A stretch of DNA of 64,000 nucleotides from a virus: positions 1 through 64,000 of the IMG/VR virus record IMGVR_UViG_3300032157_000006; one strand, written 5' to 3'. A program made the translations under genes and the position numbers. Positions 58,685 to 64,000 of this stretch are shown here, piece after piece (the first letter of the stretch is position 1; each line of letters begins with the position of its first letter). Below the pieces are notes generated by a model that was not told the DNA's origin, did not search any database, and was given only the letters and a program-made list of their open reading frames with translations.

Positions 58685-60571
58685 ATGAGCGGGTTCCTGA
58701 TCGCAGAATTCGACCTCTGGCGCGCCGGATACGCTGGCGCATCGGTCGCGATATACGACGCCGGCACCAACGATCTCGCTGACGTGTTCTCAGACGATGC
58801 GCTGACTGTGCCTGCGGCCAACCCTCAGACATTGCTGTCGCTGACATCGAATGGTGTCGCCTACGGCAAGTTCGCTGTACCTCTGTATGTGGCCGATGCC
58901 TACGAGATGATCGTGAATTCGACCGATCAAACTGGCGTCATGCGCCCGCCGCTCGTCACCCTTGAAGATGAGGACGCGAGCGGCGCTACTGTGCGCCCGT
59001 CAGGTGGTTCTGAGGATATTCCGCTCGAGGACTTAGCCGCTCGTCAGATCAACGTGCTGAATCAAGGTGAGTTTTTGCCGGTAACGGATCCGGATTCTTC
59101 CAGCTCCACGAACAATGCCACACTGGTAGAGGCTATTGGCATCGCTGCCGCAGCGGGCGGTGGAGAGGTGATTACGCCGGCCGGCACGTTCCTGGTGACG
59201 TCATTCACGGTCCCGGCTGGCGTCCTGGTGCGCGGTCAGGGGCGCGACGCAACAGTGCTGCAAAGCAGCCTTGGCGACAAGGTGGTAACCGCGGAAGGAA
59301 GTCGCGCTGGATTGGCCGATCTCACCTTGGATGGACTCGGGCTGTACGAGGATTCGGTCGGCTTCTACGCGCTCGCGCAAGACGAAACCCGCCTCGAGAA
59401 CGTGCTCATCAAGAACTTTGAAACCGGCCTGCATTCTCAGGGCGGTGTGAGCGCCGGGTGGCGCAACCTGTCAATCGACAACTGCACCGATGGCGCGAAG
59501 CTGCATGGAGACGAGGACCTGTCGGATTCCGGTGACGGAGATGAATTCAGGCACAACCGCTGGTATGGCGGCATGGTCACCAACTGCGCCGGCATCGGCG
59601 TGGAGCTGAAATACGTCGACAAGAAGTGTTGGGACAACGCGATCTCCGTAGGATTCCAAGACAACACAGGCACGGCGCTCAAGATCGTCGGCGCGCGCGA
59701 CACTCGCATGGATGGATCATGGTTCGACGGCAACGGCGTCGACATCGACATGGCGGACGGCGACGACGTAACTCTTGCGCACGAGAACACCGTGGTTGGC
59801 TTCACGATGCGCGGCGGCATTATTACCGGGGACATGAACTTCACCGGGAAGTGCCAGGACGTCTTGTTCGACAAGGTGAATCTGGAGAGCGGAACCTACA
59901 CGCTCACCACGGTCGGAAACTCTATCGTTGCGCGCGACTGTCTGGAAGGCGCCGAAGTGGTGCTCGACGGGAACGACGCCACCCAGTTCCTGCGCTGCCG
60001 CACGACCCTCGGCGATTCCCCGACTTCCGTGGGCCTCACGACCGGATCGGCAGCGACCGAGGCATGGAGCTACGACCTGGCGCCAGGTGAGCGGGTGGTC
60101 CTGACAGCCGACGTCATCGCCAACGGCCGCAACGTCAACGATTACGCGGTCTACAAGATTTGCCAGGGTGTCCACCGGCCGGGCTCGACGCTGGCCTATG
60201 ACGGGCAGACCGTCAACTTCACGCTCGGCGACATTCTCACGGGGGCGACGTCCGGCGCGACAGCGAGAATCATTGCGGACTCAGACAGCGGTGCGACAGG
60301 CACGTTGACCCTCCGTGACATCGACGGTGAATTCGTCGATGACGAGGACATCGAGGACGAGTCCGGCGGCATCGCGATCGCCAACGGGGTGCTCGCGCAC
60401 CAGAACGCGGTCCTGCTTGGCTCGATCACCTCACTGGTTACGGCCGTGGAGTCTGACGCGACGTTCGCCGCTATCTTCGGTGTGACCGCCGGCAAGGCTC
60501 GGGTCCTCGTGACCGGAGCGAGCGCGAAGGAAGTCGAATGGGCGGTGGCCGTACAAGTCACGAGCGGGTAG
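58685..60571 (+). CDS. tailspike with right-handed beta-helix (pectate-lyase-like) domain
   Basis: NNATLVEAIGIAAAAGGGEVITPAGTFLVTSFTVPAGVLVRGQGRDATVLQ, followed by repeated ~22-25 aa N/G/D-rich coils (LENVLIKNFETGLH.., WRNLSIDNCTDGAKL.., MVTNCAGIGVEL..). Confidence 0.75.
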   Translation: MSGFLIAEFDLWRAGYAGASVAIYDAGTNDLADVFSDDALTVPAANPQTLLSLTSNGVAYGKFAVPLYVADAYEMIVNSTDQTGVMRPPLVTLEDEDASGATVRPSGGSEDIPLEDLAARQINVLNQGEFLPVTDPDSSSSTNNATLVEAIGIAAAAGGGEVITPAGTFLVTSFTVPAGVLVRGQGRDATVLQSSLGDKVVTAEGSRAGLADLTLDGLGLYEDSVGFYALAQDETRLENVLIKNFETGLHSQGGVSAGWRNLSIDNCTDGAKLHGDEDLSDSGDGDEFRHNRWYGGMVTNCAGIGVELKYVDKKCWDNAISVGFQDNTGTALKIVGARDTRMDGSWFDGNGVDIDMADGDDVTLAHENTVVGFTMRGGIITGDMNFTGKCQDVLFDKVNLESGTYTLTTVGNSIVARDCLEGAEVVLDGNDATQFLRCRTTLGDSPTSVGLTTGSAATEAWSYDLAPGERVVLTADVIANGRNVNDYAVYKICQGVHRPGSTLAYDGQTVNFTLGDILTGATSGATARIIADSDSGATGTLTLRDIDGEFVDDEDIEDESGGIAIANGVLAHQNAVLLGSITSLVTAVESDATFAAIFGVTAGKARVLVTGASAKEVEWAVAVQVTSG

Positions 60572-60574
60572 CCG

Positions 60575-61981
60575 ATGGCTGGCTCGTGGAAGAACATCGC
60601 CCTAAACTCGAAACTTTTCCTCAACGTCAAGGAAACCGCGCTTAGGAAGGGCGCGGCTGCGGCCGAGAACCTGTTCTTCAATGAAGCTGGCGGCCAGTCG
60701 CGCTTTCCTGGGCTCAGGTCGTTCGTTGCTCTGGCAGGTCAAGCGCCGACCTACCTGTGGGAGTGGGAAGGCGACCTGGTAGCTGTCAGCAATTCACGCA
60801 TCTACAGGATCGACCGCGCTGGCAACAAGACGGACGTGACCGGGGTTCCGCTCTCTGGCCAAGGACGGGCGATGTTCGACAAGACGGAAACCGAACTGCT
60901 AATGGCGCAGGGCGGCCAGATCCTGCGCTTGGGCGGGAACAAGACCGAGGTGCTGTCAGACGATGCTCCATTGAGCACCCACGTTGGATTCATCGACGGC
61001 TATGTGCTCGCGATCGAGCTGAACACTGGTCGCTTCCAGCATTCAGACCTTGACGCGCACCGGGTATGGGAACCGCTCGATACATTCGCCGCGTCAGGAA
61101 AGCCGGACAACCTGAACGCCATGCTCATCACGCCGTACCGGGAAATAATGATGACGGGCGTGGACTCGGTTGAGCAGTTCGAGCGCCTGACGCAAGGCTC
61201 CACACCGTTCTTCAGGAGGTGGGCCACCGGCGAGGGCGTCTATGCGCCCTACACGCTGGTCGCCGCGGACCAGGGCGTGTTCGGTCTGAACGCAGAGCGC
61301 GAGTACGTCCGTTTCACAGGGCAGACCTCGGAGCCTAAATCAGACGACATCGGCATGTCGCTCGAGACGATCGACGACTGGACGCTTGCGTGGGCACAGT
61401 CTATGAACCTGCTCGGGCAGAAATTCATCGTGCTCCAGGCTCCGTTCGCAACCAACGTCTACGGCACCAAGGGCGTCACCTTCCTGCACGACTACCGGCA
61501 AAAGCGCTGGTACAGCCTGTACGGGTGGGATACGCGCGCAGCAGTCCCCGCGCGCTGGCCAGGATGGTCCTACTACAAACTGTGGGGACGCCATTTCGTT
61601 GGTGGAAATGGAAAGGTCCTGGAACTCACCGAGGACACCTACCAGAATGACGGTGTGCAACAGCGCATGCTAGGGCGCACTGGGCACCTCGACGAATGGG
61701 GCGAGTGCCGCGTCGACAATGTGCGGATCCGCCTGAAGCGCGGTGAAGCGAAATCAGACGGCGAGGCCGCGAAATTCGGGCTGCGGTGCCTGAGAGACAA
61801 CAAGCACTGGACCAGGTGGATCTGGAAATCTCTCGGCGAATCAGGCGAGACGACCATGAGCCTTGAATTCGGCCCGATCGGATTCGGTCACACATTCCAG
61901 TTCGAGTGGCAGGTGACCGATAACGTGCCGATCGAGATTGTTTCAATGCAAGCGCAGGTTGGGGGCGCAGAGCAAAGCTGA
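60575..61981 (+). CDS. P22 gp10-like tail hub / packaged-DNA stabilisation protein
   Basis: 468 aa (P22 gp10 is about 472 aa). N-terminal ...GGQSRFPGLRSF...SNSRIYRIDRAGNKTDVTG parallels my memory of P22 gp10 SGYLRSFPGI...AVYRVCGGKLYK. Beta-propeller-like repeats. Confidence 0.6.
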   Translation: MAGSWKNIALNSKLFLNVKETALRKGAAAAENLFFNEAGGQSRFPGLRSFVALAGQAPTYLWEWEGDLVAVSNSRIYRIDRAGNKTDVTGVPLSGQGRAMFDKTETELLMAQGGQILRLGGNKTEVLSDDAPLSTHVGFIDGYVLAIELNTGRFQHSDLDAHRVWEPLDTFAASGKPDNLNAMLITPYREIMMTGVDSVEQFERLTQGSTPFFRRWATGEGVYAPYTLVAADQGVFGLNAEREYVRFTGQTSEPKSDDIGMSLETIDDWTLAWAQSMNLLGQKFIVLQAPFATNVYGTKGVTFLHDYRQKRWYSLYGWDTRAAVPARWPGWSYYKLWGRHFVGGNGKVLELTEDTYQNDGVQQRMLGRTGHLDEWGECRVDNVRIRLKRGEAKSDGEAAKFGLRCLRDNKHWTRWIWKSLGESGETTMSLEFGPIGFGHTFQFEWQVTDNVPIEIVSMQAQVGGAEQS

Positions 61982-64000
61982 TGGCAACACCGCAGCAAAT
62001 TGTATTCGAGCACCCGCCAAGACTGACAGGCGATCCAGCGCGCGACAACGCGATAGTGATCGACTACCTGTGGAAATACTTCAATGCGTCGATCACCAAT
62101 GGCGGCCTGTTGCAGACCTCCAGCCTTTCTACGGCGCTTCAGGACCAGTTTCCGACATTGCATGCGCTCGGGGTATTGCCGGGCACTGGGGCGAATCTTC
62201 TTCCGTACTTCACCGGAGAATCGGAATGGGCGCTCACGGCGTTCACTGACGATGCGCGCCAGTTCGTATCTAAGGACAGCGTAGCCGACATGGTTGCGTT
62301 CCTCGGGGTGTCGACGCTGACCATCGAGGAAATACAGGACATGATCGGTGGAGGCACGTTCATCCAGAACGGCACCGGAATCGCCTGGACCTACGACGAC
62401 GGCGCGAACACGTTTACCGCGAATGTCTCGATCACCCAGTACACCGACGAGATGGCGCAGGACGCTGTTGGCGGAATGGTGGATACCACCCTCGTCTACG
62501 TCGATGGTACTCCACTCCTGACTCGTGCCGCGCTTACCGGGGAAGTGACAGCAGCCCAAGGAAGCAATGCCACCACGGTCGCTGCATCGCATTCAGGGTC
62601 CACGCATGCCGCGGTGCAGGCTGCGGCGGAGGCGACGGCAGCCGCGGCGCTGGCCGGGCATGTCGCTGCCGCAGATCCGCATGTCGTCTACCTGCTTGCG
62701 GATGGAACGCGGGGCTTGAGCGCCAACTGGGACGCAGGCAGTTTCGAGATTCGAGCGCAGACGTTCCAAAGCGATGTGGCTACAGGAACGGCGCCCATCA
62801 TCGTCGCGAGCACCACCAAGGTCGCAAATCTGAACGCCGATTTACTGGATGACCAGTCAGGCGCGTTCTATCTGGACTCTGCCAATTTCACCGGCGCGAA
62901 CTGGACCGACCTGACGGACGGCGGCGATACGACGTTGCACACGCACACCAATATCACCGGGAATGCGGCGACGGTAACGGTAGCAGATGCTGGTGCGGAC
63001 ACGACGACCTGGCCTCTTTTGGCCGTCAATCAGACCGGCAGCGAGTCTCCGCGCACCGATGCTGGCCTCACGTATAACGCGAGTGCGAACGCACTCACCA
63101 CGACCACATTCATCGGCGCTCTCACTGGCAATGTGACCGGGAACGTCTCTGGAACAGCCGACACGGTGACGAACGCAACCCAAGCCGCAATTACCTCGGC
63201 CGCGAACTTGGCGACGGTGGGCACGATCACGAGCGGCACCTGGGACGGGACCGACGTAGCTGTGACGGCCGGCGGCACCGGCCGATCAACCAGCACCACC
63301 GCCTACGGGCTGATCGCGGCCGGCACCACGGCCACGGGGGCGCACCAGACGCTTGCAGCGGGCGCGACCACCGAGATCCTGGTGGGCGGCGGCGCCTCGG
63401 CGCTGCCGGTATGGACGACAGCGACGGGTACTGGCGCACCAGCAAGAGCTGGAAGCCCGACCTTTACCGGAACAGTGAACGTCGCAGCCCTGACGGCTTC
63501 CTCTACGGTCACGCTCTCTGGTACGGCTGCGAACATCGCCACGGGCTCGAATTTCATCAGCACCGGCGGTACGGATGCTGGCCTATCGTTCGACGGATCG
63601 AACAACGCGACTCTCTCGGGTGATTTGGCCGTAAATGGTGGCGATCTCACCACGTCACAAACCACTTTCAATCTACTCAACGCTACCGCGACCACGATCA
63701 ATTTCGGGTCGGCCGCGACGGTAATGAGAATTGGCGCCGCCGGCATGCGCTTGGGCCTCGGCGCAGCATCCGTTGACTACATCCGCACCTACCTCGGGGG
63801 CAGCTTCACGTCAGGCGGCGCGTCGACTTTCACGAATTTACTGCAAGTTGATGGGGCTCTGACCGCCGCCACCGGGGATACGTCGCATCAGTCAACGGTG
63901 AATATTGCGCCGGCCGGAATTCTGACTGGCGGCGGCGGTGAGGTTATCGCTGCGATTGCAACGCTCAGGCTTCAGGAACCTATCATCACTCTGAATGGCG
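61981..64000 (+). CDS. tail fibre protein, 3' end beyond the window
   Basis: ATG 61981 shares 1 nt with the upstream TGA. I translated 673 codons with no stop to the window edge. LLDDQSGAFYLDSANFTGANWTDLTDGGDTTLHTHTNITGNAATV and long Thr/Ala/Gly repeats are typical of fibres. Absent from the track because it has no stop. Confidence 0.8.
   Translation, partial: MATPQQIVFEHPPRLTGDPARDNAIVIDYLWKYFNASITNGGLLQTSSLSTALQDQFPTLHALGVLPGTGANLLPYFTGESEWALTAFTDDARQFVSKDSVADMVAFLGVSTLTIEEIQDMIGGGTFIQNGTGIAWTYDDGANTFTANVSITQYTDEMAQDAVGGMVDTTLVYVDGTPLLTRAALTGEVTAAQGSNATTVAASHSGSTHAAVQAAAEATAAAALAGHVAAADPHVVYLLADGTRGLSANWDAGSFEIRAQTFQSDVATGTAPIIVASTTKVANLNADLLDDQSGAFYLDSANFTGANWTDLTDGGDTTLHTHTNITGNAATVTVADAGADTTTWPLLAVNQTGSESPRTDAGLTYNASANALTTTTFIGALTGNVTGNVSGTADTVTNATQAAITSAANLATVGTITSGTWDGTDVAVTAGGTGRSTSTTAYGLIAAGTTATGAHQTLAAGATTEILVGGGASALPVWTTATGTGAPARAGSPTFTGTVNVAALTASSTVTLSGTAANIATGSNFISTGGTDAGLSFDGSNNATLSGDLAVNGGDLTTSQTTFNLLNATATTINFGSAATVMRIGAAGMRLGLGAASVDYIRTYLGGSFTSGGASTFTNLLQVDGALTAATGDTSHQSTVNIAPAGILTGGGGEVIAAIATLRLQEPIITLNG

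Noticed and set aside
1-64000. tRNA/tmRNA genes, CRISPR arrays, rRNA, integrase, att sites, CI-type repressor, classical endolysin/spanin cassette
   Set aside because: I looked through the intergenic gaps (about 20866-21131, 39946-40202, 40951-41149, 42424-42796, 50152-50293, 53343-53427). I saw no cloverleaf-like T-arm/anticodon layout, no regularly spaced repeats, and no tyrosine or serine recombinase or lysozyme motifs. Without tools this absence is provisional.

Overview
High-GC sequence in which every convincing gene has strongly GC3-biased codons. It reads as most of a tailed, podovirus-like phage or prophage genome. I recognised no rRNA, tRNA, CRISPR array, integrase or clear CI-type repressor.

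There are five transcription blocks:
- (1) 1-19293 (+): internal-virion-type proteins, one uninterrupted 5,188-codon ORF (2613-18179) encoding a multi-enzyme 'polyvalent' protein, a DUF5675-like protein and a lipoprotein.
- (2) 19290-27986 (-): an operon running leftward from a candidate switch region at about 28010-28046. It holds an HTH protein, RusA, an HNH endonuclease, a DPPY DNA methyltransferase, accessory genes including a secreted ClpP-fold protein, and a 1.77-kb IS1595-family element with perfect 24-bp inverted repeats.
- (3) 28053-35936 (+): a Cas4-like PD-(D/E)XK nuclease, a candidate annealing protein, a Rad50/SbcC-like ATPase and a replication-organiser-like protein.
- (4) 35800-39945 (-): about 14 small, translationally coupled early ORFs of unknown function.
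- (5) 40203-64000 (+): the late operon with terS, terL, portal, scaffold, N4-gp56-type major capsid, a strong terminator, P22-gp10-like hub protein, beta-helix tailspike and tail fibre (3' end cut by the window).

Many starts were re-derived from the ORF track using 4-nt stop/start overlaps (ATGA, GTGA, TTGA), RBS motifs and GC3 periodicity.

The most unusual observations:
- The giant polyvalent ORF itself.
- Two places (about 9334-9666 and 28476-28838) where the best coding signal sits in the +1 frame inside a longer open frame.
- The passenger-carrying IS.
- A GC-rich, repeat-bearing, apparently non-coding stretch just downstream of terS.

The layout resembles published Bcep22-type Burkholderia podophages, which carry a >4,600-aa virion protein. 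That is memory-based inference, not a search result.
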